Below, piece by piece: positions 27,101 through 38,865 of a DNA stretch of 64,000 nucleotides (position 1 is its first letter; each line of letters starts with the position of its first letter). The DNA lies in NCBI GenBank assembly GCA_002104905.1, contig MCFE01000244.1:1-64000 (forward strand), given 5' to 3'. The translations under genes and the position numbers were made by a program. Origin of the DNA: Basidiobolus meristosporus CBS 931.73. Taxonomy: Eukaryota > Fungi > Basidiobolomycota. Under the pieces are notes generated by a model. It searched no databases. It was not told the DNA's origin and worked only from the letters and a program-made list of their open reading frames with translations.

Positions 27101-30100
27101 TAAGATTGTGCCTCAGCAAAGTTAAGAATTTAACAATGCCATTCTAGTTTCCACCCAAGTCTAGCATATCTAGCATTCCCAAGAACACCTAGCCTAGCCT
27201 GCATAGCAAACCAACTTTGTTGCCTTTATAGCCCAGCTCAACTACATACAAAACCAATATTAAACCAGAACTTCCCTACTAATATTTCTGTCACCCTAGA
27301 CAATTCTAAGATTCTGTGCTTAGTTTTCTCTTAGGTTCAGTTAACGCATTCAAGAGTTTATTACACTTTTCTCTTGAATACAACATTTCTTTGTTGAATC
27401 CCATTAGATTCAACTGCTTTACAATATGTCCTTGGCAGTAAGCTATCCAAATCTTTCCATGTTGGAAGAAGCCTGCAGAAATCAGGAAGAGCTTACTGAG
27501 CAGCTTGAAAGCAGCATGTATGAAAGAAACACTTTGATGCTTGATCACTCATAGCTTTCCAAGAAAAGATCTGACAATCATTGTAGAGATGAACTTCTTG
27601 AAGTTGTTTCTGGTTACCAAGATGAAATTGGATTTATCAAAGAAGCTCTGGAGAATGTTGCAATTGTAATTGAGAGCACACACTTATGACAATATCTCAG
27701 AGATATGTACACTTGCAATCACCATGACTGTGGCTGTTAGACAGGCTTCAGGCAACTCCACTCAAGATGCAGCAACAACCGGAAAAGAGAGCAGTCATGT
27801 GACCAAAAAGAAGTCAACTGCTACAAAAATTGTGAGATTAATGGAAGATGCTATCACTCTACTAGTGAATGCAAAGGCATCATTAAGCAGTCAAACAAGT
27901 CAGGAAGCACTTCAGAGAAGCAGCAAAATGCCAAAACTGATAATCCATATGCTGATGACAAATGCTTTAAATGTTGAAAGATGGGACATAGATCACCTGC
28001 CTCTACTGAGAAGAACTCTACACCATTGGCAAAGATACCTCAGATCCTAGATGAGAATTCAGCCAATAAATTGACAGGGTTGGAGGGAGCATATGAAGAA
28101 CCAACAGTTCAAGATTATAACAACCTCTTTGAGATTCCAGCAAAAAACTGTAACTGTTCAAGAAAAGAAGCAACCAATTGCGCAGCCAAAAGCTATAGTG
28201 GTGTCATTCAAACATAATGGTGAATCATATGTAGCACTACTGGATACTGGATCATCTAACTCTGTTGTATCACCTAATGCAGTCAAAGAACTCCAATGGG
28301 AAATAGAAAAGCAACCAGGAAAAGCTAAACTTGCAGCTAAGGACCTCTCAGCCCCAAGAATTGGTATCACCAACCCAATCAGCATACATTGTGTTAAAAT
28401 GACTATAATCCATCAAATGCAAGTTATTAACATTCCAGATGGATCTCAGGTAGTCATTGGTCTAGACACCTTCACCAAAGTTAGCTTTCACATAGGTGAG
28501 CTACCAGTTTTATATCCTGGAATCACTAAGTCTCATCCATTCCTGATGGATCAGATTCCAGAGATTATCTCTCCCTATCTGGAAGCAGAGGAGTCAACCC
28601 CAACTTTCAAGCATATTCTCAATCAGTCAAATTGGAAATTCAACTGGTCAATGAAAGAAACCAAGCTATTCCCAGGAACAGTCTCTGCACTATTCCAGAA
28701 TCCATTGTTATGCTAGAAACCCCACCTGGTGAGTCAACATGGAGGTGGCAATACCCAATTCCACATTCTTGTCAATACTTAGTTGATGAAATTGTCCAAA
28801 AGTGAGCCAACAAGGGAATTATCACTCAAGCCCCTGTCATCACAACATTCAACAGCCCTTTGATGCCTGCACCCAAGAAGGATGCAAATGGAAATCTAAC
28901 TTTGAAGAGACCTTCTTACACCTTAGACCTCTGAGCAATCTTCTCCAAGAAGTTAAATTTCCAACTCCAAGAATCCAGGATATCTTTTTCTCACTATCAA
29001 GCGCAAAAGTATTCTCCAAATTTGACTTGAAGGATGCATATCACCAATTCCAGATCCATCCTGATCATCAGCATAAGACCTAACCCTGGTCTTCTCTCAG
29101 CCTGGAACAAGGCTCATGACCAAGAAGTGATGTTGTGCATCAACATTTAAAACTTAGCCTATTTTACTTGGCTCAATAATCTAGTACTCTAACTGATTTT
29201 CCTAACCCAAACATAACTAATTCCAGTTATGGTTGATTTTATCACTTCTCAGAATCTATTTTTAGCTGTCACACCTGATCATCTTTCATATGGTCATTAC
29301 ATCTTCAACTGATTTGCTAAGCCTCTCAAAGTGATTACTCAACTGAGATCTATCCAACCACTTAGCAGTTGCCAAGACATCAGCAAATTAATGATGCAAT
29401 TTCTCATTTATCTTATGCACCTATGAACACCCCAGCTGATTTCAATTAGTCCAGTCTCTTGGCACTTACTACTTTAACTTGATCAGAGAAATATAAATAG
29501 AGATTACTGAACCTTTTGGTTTAGTGTGTGTCTCAACAAAATTACAATTGTGCCTCAGCAAAATTAAGAACTAAACAATGCCATTCTAGTTTCCACCCAA
29601 GCCTAGCATATCAAGCATTCCCAAGAACACCAAGCCTAGCCTGCATAGCAAACCCACTCTGTTGCATTTATAGCCCAACTCAACTTTATACAAAACCAAT
29701 ATTAGACCAGAACTTCTCTGCTGATATTTCTGTCACCCTAGACAATTCTAAGATTCTGTGCTTAGTTTTCACTTAGGTTCAGTTAACTCATTCAAGAGCT
29801 TATTACACTTTTCTCTAGGATGCAACATATAGTATTGCTGTCAAATGTCTGCAATCCAGGGGATTTACACCATAACTCACACCTATTATTACTACCCAAA
29901 CACCAATACTAAGAACATCATCTTCCCACTGAGAGAATGTATAGAAGTCAGCATGAAATTGAAGCAAAGCTGGCAAGCTATAAGTCATTGGCCAGAATAT
30001 GGAATTAATTGGAAACCATAGATATCTAAGATAGAGGGTATCTGTTAGAGTAAAAGCTTTCCACTGGGAGCAATGCATTTGCTTTTCAACAATATCCCTA

Positions 30101-31729
30101 TGTCAATGACCAAATTGTACATGGGGCATTTCAAGCTAAATGAGCCCTTTAAGATACCAGAAAATTTGTAAGAATTGGCATGATATTACAGAGGATCTGC
30201 TACCCTAAGTACTTCTCACAGGCTCCAATCAATATTCATATGCATTTCAGCACTACAAATGCCAAGACTGGATGAGCTGGATCTGTATTTATTCAAGTAG
30301 CATTCTGAAGCCATTCCTACCAAGAGTACATTGGAAGCATTGGGAGTCATATGTGGACATTGCAGGATTAGTTATCCAGGAGTGGATCACCAATGCCAAC
30401 TTGGCACATCTACAGCTGTTGAGCAAGTAGTTTGTAACACAACTTGAGCAGCTATACTACCTACATGAAGCTGAATGTGTAGATCTCCGCCTCTACAGTA
30501 TCCTTTCTCAACTCCATGTTGCTTGGTGTGTGGAGAATAATGGGCCTTGCTTCACCTTTTGGGAGTTTCCTATGGAGCCAATATGTGGGGAGATAGGAAG
30601 ACAAGTTAAGTTGCAGGTACTACCATATTCTAATCTCATCAGGAATATTACCTTCAAGTCTGTCATGGATGTGAAGGGTTGGCACATGGAGGACAGCCAG
30701 GAAGAGTTGGAAAATACTGAGGACAGATGTGCACATGGAGACACCTATACCTATAGCATTAAGAAGCTAAGCAGCTCCAATGCGTGGGCAATCTGTTAAG
30801 CAATGCAAAGTTGGGTTGGGTGCAACAAGCAGCTAATGTTATTAGGAAAACTCTACCAAGGTATACTGGATTTCTCTTGGTCACAAGCCAACTTCTACAT
30901 CATTCAATACAGAATTTACACAAACAAGAGCCAAAGCACACCTATAAGGAGGACTAGAATCCATCTAGGAGAAGGAATATACACTCTCAATACCAAAAGG
31001 TTCTTTGTGCATATTCAAGATGTATTTATATCAGAAGTGGTGGCAACCAAGCAAATGCTTGCAAGATGTATATGTTACCAGCAGTGCCAGATATACTGCA
31101 ACTTTGCAAGTATCACACTAAGAAGCTGTAAAGATGAGATGACAGAAATATGTCAATTGTGGCAGGTGTGTATGCTTGTAGAGGTTAGTAAGCAGGAGGT
31201 CATAGTTTTTCTTGATTCAAACTATATGTGGAATACTCAAAGTTGTAGTGGGTAAGCAAATAAAAAGGGGTGATTCTACAGTCAGATATATGAATTCCAC
31301 AGGTGGAGGTAGAAAAAGGAAATACCATTTGGTAAATTGGACCAGTAGCATACACAGAACTAGCTATAGGCTGCCATACTGCCATGATAATGCCATTAGA
31401 GATTTGTAATGAAGCTGTCAAAATACTGTCAAGTTTTTTGCCATATAAGGCAAATGGATGTACCAGTCAGTTAGATCCATATCTAATAGCTTAGAGTGCA
31501 TTAAGACCAACAATGCCATGCAATTATTGCTACAGCACCAATCAAACCCTGTCAAGCTTTATAACTTTATCTGGCAGTAAAATTAGCAAAACAACATCAT
31601 GATCCTGTCATAAGATTGTCAAGAGGGTCACTAATTCCAAGCTGCTGGAATTATAACAGTCTCCAAACAAGATCCTGATGGCTGATCCAAATTAAACTTA
31701 CTTGTAGGACCAAATTACTTTTCATAGGG
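24140..31729. mobile_element. Most complete TRC-type copy: accessory gene (minus, ~24140-25600), divergent promoter, transposase (plus, ~25700-31400, split by gypsy 26690-29827), end B at 31729
   Basis: ORF 25879-26253 has the CACTA N-terminal LVCVNTCMAF..VTCPNCQE motif; the GHNGW codons at 26675-26689 continue at 29833 (YCCQ..AIQG); terminus ...TTACTTTTCATAGGG. Confidence 0.82.
26690..29827 (+). mobile_element. Ty3/gypsy family A, internally deleted, with both LTRs (26690-27385 and 29131-29827)
   Basis: Two ~697-bp direct repeats, TG...CAACA; protease ALLDTGSS (28093-28716); RT SKFDLKDAYHQF (28802-29083); flanks GATGG/TATAG sit at 5-bp TSD spacing (3/5 match) in the host transposase. Confidence 0.92.
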
Positions 31730-31739
31730 AATACTTCAA

Positions 31740-32463
31740 ATAAACTCTTGGTAGAAATAGCTTCACAAGGCCACTTGAATAAATAAATATTCAGTTCATC
31801 CAGTCCTTGCACTTATATTATAGCATATGCATATAAATGTTGATTGGAGCCTATTAGAAGTACTTAGGGTGGCAGATATCATGTAGTATCATGTCAATTC
31901 TTTCAAATTTCTTTGGTTTTTCATAGGGCACATATAGCTTGAAATACCTCATATACTACTTGGTCATCAGTAATGGGATATTGCTGAAAAGCATGTGCAT
32001 TGCTCCCAGTTGAAAGCTTTGCTCCAGTAGATACCCTCTATCTTAAGTATCTCTGGTTGCCAATTATTTCCATATTCCAGCCAATGGCTTATGGCTTGCT
32101 AACTTTGCAGCAATTGCATGCTGACTTCTGTAAATTTTCTCTGTGGTAAGGTGATGTTCTTAGTGTTGGTGTATGGGCAATAGCACTATGTGTGAGTTAT
32201 AGGGCAACTCCCCCAGATCTCACACATTCAATAGCAATTTGTCCATTGTGCCCAGAAAGGCTAGCTATCTTGCTCATGGCTGGTGTGTCCTCAATGCAGA
32301 TAATAATCAGCTTTGACATGATGGCCATTTACTGTTATCCAGCTGGAATGCATACAAAATTCATCCTGTAAGGGATACTGAGCTCAGTACTCTATAGCTT
32401 CACAATATATGTAGTACTGCATGAGCTTTTTTATATGGGGTACTACCTGAATATATCAGCAGT
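31740..32463 (-). mobile_element. TRC-type transposase core fragment
   Basis: Reverse complement of 4740-5340. Confidence 0.75.
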
Positions 32464-34200
32464 CCCTATGAAACATAATTCAGTCCTATGAGTGAATCCC
32501 ATCCAGACCAGCAGTCAGGATCCCATTTAGTCACTGTAATAATGCCAGCAGCTTGGAATTAGTGACCTTCTTAACAATCTTATGACAGGATCACAATGGC
32601 ATTTTGCTAATTTTACTACCAAATAAAGTGATAAAACTTGACAAGATTTGATTGGCGCTGTGACAATAATTACATGGCATTGTTGCAGTCTTATTGTGCT
32701 CTGCAACTATTTTGAATGGATCTAACCAGCCAGGACATCCAATTGGCTTATATGGCAAAAAACCTGATGCTATTTTAACAGCCTCATAGCAAGACTCTGA
32801 TGGCATTATATCAGCAGTATGGCAGCCTACAGCTGGTTCTGTATAATGCTTTTGGACATGTTGCAATGGTAGCATTTTTAGATTTGAATGCCATGCAACT
32901 ATTATCACATGCTGGAATCAGGAGAGTCTTTGAGTCATATGTTGCCAGCCACATGATGGTTGTCTACTTGTACCATGTACATGGTAGGTTGCATCCTGGA
33001 ATGACTTTGGCAAGAAGTGGTAATAAATTCTCAAAGCCCCCATTACTGATTTTAGTGAAAACTTACCACTTTGCTAGCCACTATGTTACATCACTCACCA
33101 GTAGATGGATTACTGGGCTCACTTGGCTCTATAAAGCATCCTTGGCATTTGTTTCAATGGGTGTTGTCTCATTGCATATTGGGATTTGACCAAGCTAACA
33201 TGTAGTACTGCTGTTTGGGGAGATAGGCTCACAATCCATCAGTGAACCTTCTATATCAAAGCTATCACTCTGCATGCCATATTCAAAAGGCTGAGGTGAG
33301 TCTAAAGGCATCACAAACTCACCTGACTCAGTTTGTGGAAGGTGACAATGATTGCCAGGTGCCAATATAGAAGTATCAACTGGCCAGCAAGATACTGTTA
33401 ATACAGTAGTGACTGATAAGTGGTCAAATATGACTTGTGTGGCAAAGCACTGGCCAAGATCCTTGTAGTACTTCCTATGCTGTCTGTGTGCTTCATGTCT
33501 GAGAGGCTTGCCACAATAGCCACATGGTCTTTTTTCGCTTCTCTTAGGTCATTGAGTCAAAGTAGTCTTGTCCATGGGGTAAACGGTTTGACCTTCAACA
33601 ACATAATGCTATTATATCACATTTAGGTCAATACCATGCGAACTTAAGACAGTCTTATATTTGAGACATCACATTACATGAATGTAAGATTCAATGATGA
33701 CCTGCTGTGATACATTAAACATACCTCCCGCTAACCCCACTACTGATGGCAACAGAAGAACGGTTGGACAACAGCTTGCTTTCACATTGAGTGCAACAAG
33801 CAGGGCTACATCCAAAAAAAGCCCTGTGGACAGTGTGCCCATTGAAGGTAATAATACAGACTCCTCAGGCTCTCAGTCAAGTAAGCAATTGAGAACCTCT
33901 GTGGAGCCACAAGCTGACCATTATGCTCAGGCAGATGAGAATGTAGCAAACACAGTACCCTCAGTTGAAGATCAGCAAGTGGCCATGATAACATCACCAC
34001 CACCCACATTAGCAAATAGACTTGTTCCATTGGATAGTGCCACATAGTGCCAGCCTGTTTATGGTGCCGGATTGATCTGGCACTCTACGGCACTATCTGG
34101 CACTATAATTTCTACCATGATGCCTGTGGTATGATACAGTTACTGGTAATTTTACTCAATCTTACTTATATTGCTCAGAATAGTGCTTTCCTTGCTTTAT

Positions 34201-35085
34201 TTACTCTTCATAATGCTCCAGACACATTTCCCTCAGTGGATGTCTTCTTGTATGAGCATACTGTGCATTAATAAGTATCTTAACTATTTTACCTATCCTG
34301 CTGTTTTCTCCTATATATGACTTTCCTCTGTATTTACCTGCCAATATGCTGAATCTCTCCAGATATCCAAATGTGTGCTCTACCCTTACTCTGAAATGAT
34401 TAAATATCTCATTGTAGAGCTTCTGCTTCCTGCTAAGTACACCATTTGTTGGCTTCCTATAAGCTGGAATACATCCTAATCTCTGACAATCCTCTCCTAT
34501 ATAAGCTAAGTCTGCCATACATTTCTCCCCTCTACTGAATTCAGGATGATTCTCTACCCAGAGTGCTTTGTCATGCCTACTTCCAGCAAATGGCCCACTA
34601 AACCAGATGATGTTACCCTCAATGTCAGACAGTGCTTGAAACTTCACACAGTGTGCCTTGTACTTGCCAGAATAAAAGTGCCTCTGCCCTCTAGAAGGTC
34701 TGTTAATCCTCACTGGGAAGGTATCCAAAATACTCCTGATATGGAACCTGTTGCTGAACACTCTGGGATATGGAAGTCTATTGGAGCTTCTGAACCTAGT
34801 ATTCCAAGCTTGCTCTAAGTCATTCATACCCTCTGCAAGGTGGTTCTCCATTGCTGTCAGCTGGGAATGAATGCTTCTAGGACTTTTGTTGCCATGGATG
34901 GTGGGATGAAACCTTGTAGGGCAATAGTTCTTGTAATAGCAGAGAAGCTTGACAAGGGATCTCCTTGAGTAGATTGGGGTTGATGGTCCACAGTACTTGG
35001 AATAGATCTCCTCTAGTGTGTCAAAAGGAAATCCAGTGGTAGTGATGGGATTGATGAGAAAAGACCATTCAGATGAGTAAGTCAT
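34201..35085 (-). CDS. PIF/Harbinger-type DDE transposase (DDE_Tnp_4-like), 294 aa, outer copy, open frame
   Basis: ILDTFPV (D1), YSGKYKAHCVKFQ, GPFAGSRHD, MADLAY (D2), RVRVEHTFGYL (E). Confidence 0.92.
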   Translation of the reverse strand: MTYSSEWSFLINPITTTGFPFDTLEEIYSKYCGPSTPIYSRRSLVKLLCYYKNYCPTRFHPTIHGNKSPRSIHSQLTAMENHLAEGMNDLEQAWNTRFRSSNRLPYPRVFSNRFHIRSILDTFPVRINRPSRGQRHFYSGKYKAHCVKFQALSDIEGNIIWFSGPFAGSRHDKALWVENHPEFSRGEKCMADLAYIGEDCQRLGCIPAYRKPTNGVLSRKQKLYNEIFNHFRVRVEHTFGYLERFSILAGKYRGKSYIGENSRIGKIVKILINAQYAHTRRHPLREMCLEHYEE

Positions 35086-36087
35086 ATTAAAATTGGTGGA
35101 TGATTGTATTGAGGCGGTTTGAATTGATTTGGCGCAATCCGCCTTATTTATCTGATTTTTAATACATTATGGTTAAATCTCCATCAATTGCCATGTATCC
35201 CATCATTATGTTGCAAAAATCATCCATAAACAATGCCTTGGTACTTTTATTGATGCTTTTATCATAGGTTTATAATCAAATAGGAAATCAGCAATTGATG
35301 TGATCTGATCCGTGTCAACGCGATCCAAAATGCATCATGCATAATAGACTTGTTCCATTGTACCGTGCCAGGGTGCGCAGCGCGATCTGCGGTTGCAAAG
35401 AACAATCGGGCGCAATATTATAGCTACCAGAAGGCAGGATTGTTCTTGGACGATTTTGCACTATGTGGGACAATCTCGCACACTATGGCACAATCTGACA
35501 CAATGAGGTTGGCGCGGATGATTGCGCCAACTCATAATGCTTGCATCACGTGCGCAATCGGATACCGCTATAATGGCAGGTAAAATCCGGTATTCGGATA
35601 TGTTTCTTTAATGTAAATGGAAATAAATGTGTATCACACTATAAACTATACTGATACTTACCATTTTGGTTACCCTCACTCCAATTGGACGGTATTTCAG
35701 TGGTTAATTGGTCCAAAAGTATCCTGAAGCTGGCAGCCCCCAATTGGCTCATTGACTACTGAAAAAGCTACCTGATTTGCGATCAAATATCCCATTTTGC
35801 CCATTGAGCAAGTAAATCCCTGATCCTAGTGATTGGGCAAGGTGTCATAGCTAGCACGCAAGCAATCGTGTAGGTGCAAAACAGATCCAATAGCTGCACT
35901 GGTATTACAGATGACGTATATATATGCAGGGTGTTTATTTATAGGGGTTCAGTCTCAAATGTGAAACGACCTTGATATTACTTATATCAAAAATTTGATG
36001 ATCACTGATTTGCAATGGCTCGATTTGGATCGCAAAAAAAAGGGTTGTCGGGATCATTACAAATGTGATTGATTCAAAGCGATTGCA

Positions 36088-37335
36088 TCATCTTCTCCTG
36101 GGTTTTTTTCTCACAGGGATTACTACTGAAGCATTTGGTAGTGACTCACTTTGCACACCTATACTACTTCCTGGCTGACTATCATCTTGGCTACTTGTGT
36201 ATTTGTAGTCAGTATTTTGCCTCCTAGTTGATGAGTGCGATGCTACAGCTTGGCCGCGCTGAATTGCTCCAACTGAACCAACTGAACCGGCCTGTAGTGC
36301 CACACGCTGACGTGTTCTTTTACTTGCCAAGGGCTCTGGTGGTTGAGTCACTTCATGTTGGTCATCATCAGTCAGTTCACCAGAAGTAACTTGCTGATGG
36401 TCAGGCAAAACGGCACGCGCAGGCGCGCCTTGACGCGTTCAGATGGCCCTTGGCTGAGTTCAATGTGATGCCGCATGTTGACGCAACTCGGTCCGCTCCA
36501 ATGGACTTGTGTCTAAATGAGCAGTTTGGCAAGTTCTGGTAGTTTTGCTCTGAAGCGTGCGCGTTGACCCGACGCGCGTTGACTTGACGCGGGGCATTCT
36601 GGTAAAGGGTGTTGGCGTGGTCTGGACTGACGTGCGCCGGCGCGCTGTGGTTGCAAGAGATGGTAGGGAATCCAGCAAGGCGTGCTGGCACAATCTGGAT
36701 CATGTTGCTTGCGGTCTGTATTCTTCCTCCTGAAGCTCACCATCTGATTCCTCAAGGTATTCACTTACCCTCTGTCTGATACTTTGGAGCTGTTGCCTGG
36801 ATGAGTCCTGTGTATATTGCTCTTGGAAGCCACTTAGCTCTACTAATATATCACGTAGTACATTAGTCATTTGAGGCAAAAACTCATTCAAAATCTCTTT
36901 GGTTCCCAAAGTTGAGGCACAAACGGATGCGTCCAGCCTGTACTGTGCACATTGCACGCAAAATCGTTCCCGCGCGGCTTCCTCGTCAAATCCCCTCACT
37001 CTCAGCTCATTCTTGATTTCAATACTTGTCTTGTTATATATCTTTTTACATACATTGGCTGGCATCTTGATGTAGAACTCATGCCACAGCTTTCTACTCA
37101 AATTCTTCCATCTTTGTTGGCTCTCTGAGGTATCTAATTCTGCTAGATTAATCAGTAGTGCCCAAATATCTGTATGAAGGCTCATCATAGACACTTGGGC
37201 CATACTAAAATCATTTGGCAAGAACTTGAACGGATCCGACATCGACTTTTCCGGTCCGGACCGCGCTTGTGAGCTGGGGGATGGGTTTTGTCTGGGTTGT
37301 ACTAAAGATGAGTTGAGGCTTGGTATGGGGACCAT
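36088..37335 (-). pseudogene. PHIS accessory gene (putative Myb/SANT/trihelix-like DNA-binding protein), inner copy; one frame of ~415 codons broken by two TGA stops
   Basis: ORFs 36700-37335, 36460-36693 and 36088-36408 are in one frame; stops at 36700-36702 and 36460-36462 are sense codons in the outer copy. Confidence 0.8.
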
Positions 37336-37694
37336 AGCAACGGATTTGGATACTTATACAGCAGTATATTTGCATCAACCTGGTCTTATATGAAATATAT
37401 ATGAAAACTAAAGTGATTGTGGAATTTTCCATATATTATGCATGATGCATCTCAGATTGCGTTGACACGGATCAGATCACATCAATTGCAGATTTCCTTT
37501 TTGATTATAGACCTATGATTAAAGCATCAATAAAAGTACCAAGGCATTGTTTGCGGATGATTTTTGCAACATAATGATGGGATACATGGCAATTGATGGA
37601 GATTTAACCATAATGTGTTAAAAATCAGATAAATAACGCAGATCGCGCCAAATCAATTCAAACCGCCACCATATGATCATCCATCAATTTTTAT
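37336..37694. promoter_or_regulatory. Putative bidirectional promoter between the PHIS accessory gene and transposase
   Basis: 359-bp AT-rich gap between head-to-head start codons; function inferred from position only. Confidence 0.55.
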
Positions 37695-38579
37695 ATGACT
37701 TACTCATCTGAATGGTCTTTTCTCATCAATCCCATCACTACCACTGGATTTCCTTTTGACACACTGGAGGAGATCTATTCCAAGTACTGTGGACCATCAA
37801 CCCCAATCTACTCAAGGAGATCCCTTGTCAAGCTTCTCTGCTATTACAAGAACTATTGCCCTACAAGGTTTCATCCCACCATCCATGGCAACAAAAGTCC
37901 TAGAAGCATTCATTCCCAGCTGACAGCAATGGAGAACCACCTTGCAGAGGGTATGAATGACTTAGAGCAAGCTTGGAATACTAGGTTCAGAAGCTCCAAT
38001 AGACTTCCATATCCCAGAGTGTTCAGCAACAGGTTCCATATCAGGAGTATTTTGGATACCTTCCCAGTGAGGATTAACAGACCTTCTAGAGGGCAGAGGC
38101 ACTTTTATTCTGGCAAGTACAAGGCACACTGTGTGAAGTTTCAAGCACTGTCTGACATTGAGGGTAACATCATCTGGTTTAGTGGGCCATTTGCTGGAAG
38201 TAGGCATGACAAAGCACTCTGGGTAGAGAATCATCCTGAATTCAGTAGAGGGGAGAAATGTATGGCAGACTTGGCCTATATAGGAGAGGATTGTCAGAGA
38301 TTAGGATGTATTACAGCTTATAGGAAGCCAAGGAATGGTGTGCTTAGCAGGAAGCAGAAGCTCTACAATGAGATATTTAATCATTTCAGAGTAAGGGTAG
38401 AGCACACATCTGGATATCTGAAGAGATTCAGCATATTGGCAGGTAAATACAGAGGAAAGTCATATATAGGAGAAAACAGCAGAATAGGTCAAATAGTTAA
38501 GATACTTATTAAGGCACAGTATGTTCATACAAGAAGACATCCACTGAGAGAAATGTGTCTGGAGCATTATGAAGAGTAA
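37695..38579 (+). CDS. PIF/Harbinger-type DDE transposase, 294 aa, inner copy, open frame
   Basis: Same motifs as 34201-35085; 7 amino-acid differences, all after residue ~205. Confidence 0.92.
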   Translation: MTYSSEWSFLINPITTTGFPFDTLEEIYSKYCGPSTPIYSRRSLVKLLCYYKNYCPTRFHPTIHGNKSPRSIHSQLTAMENHLAEGMNDLEQAWNTRFRSSNRLPYPRVFSNRFHIRSILDTFPVRINRPSRGQRHFYSGKYKAHCVKFQALSDIEGNIIWFSGPFAGSRHDKALWVENHPEFSRGEKCMADLAYIGEDCQRLGCITAYRKPRNGVLSRKQKLYNEIFNHFRVRVEHTSGYLKRFSILAGKYRGKSYIGENSRIGQIVKILIKAQYVHTRRHPLREMCLEHYEE

Positions 38580-38865
38580 ATAAAGCAAGGAAAGCACTAT
38601 TCTGAGCAACATAAGTAAGATTGAGTAAAATTACCAGTAACTGATATCATACCACTGGCATCATGGTAGAAATTATAGTGCCAGATAGTGCTGTAGAGTG
38701 CCAGATCAATCCGGCACTATAAACCGGCTGGCACTATGTGGCACTATCCAAAGGAATAAGTCTAATATATGGAAAATTCAACAATCACATTAGTTTTCAT
38801 ATATATTTCATATAAGACCAGGTTGATGCCAATATACTGCTGTATAAGTATCCAAATCCGTTGCT

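Larger units (their letters stand above)
35346..38763 (+). mobile_element. Inner PHIS (Pangu-type) copy, 3,418 bp, inserted in inverted orientation into the outer copy's intergenic promoter
   Basis: Left TIR AGACTTGTTCCATTG at 35346; right TIR (2 mismatches) ending 38763; TSD AAT at 35343-35345 and 38764-38766; the empty site gcatAATatatgg is seen intact (reverse complement) at ~37428-37442. Confidence 0.94.

Noticed and set aside
34033-34105. Short repeated motifs as a CRISPR-like array
   Set aside because: Eukaryotic context, motifs only 7-8 bp, mixed orientation, no unique spacers of regular length, no cas genes.
34546-34818. 90-aa antisense ORF conserved in both PHIS copies (also 37962-38234)
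   Set aside because: It lies wholly within the region where the two copies are nearly identical, so conservation is uninformative; no recognisable motif.
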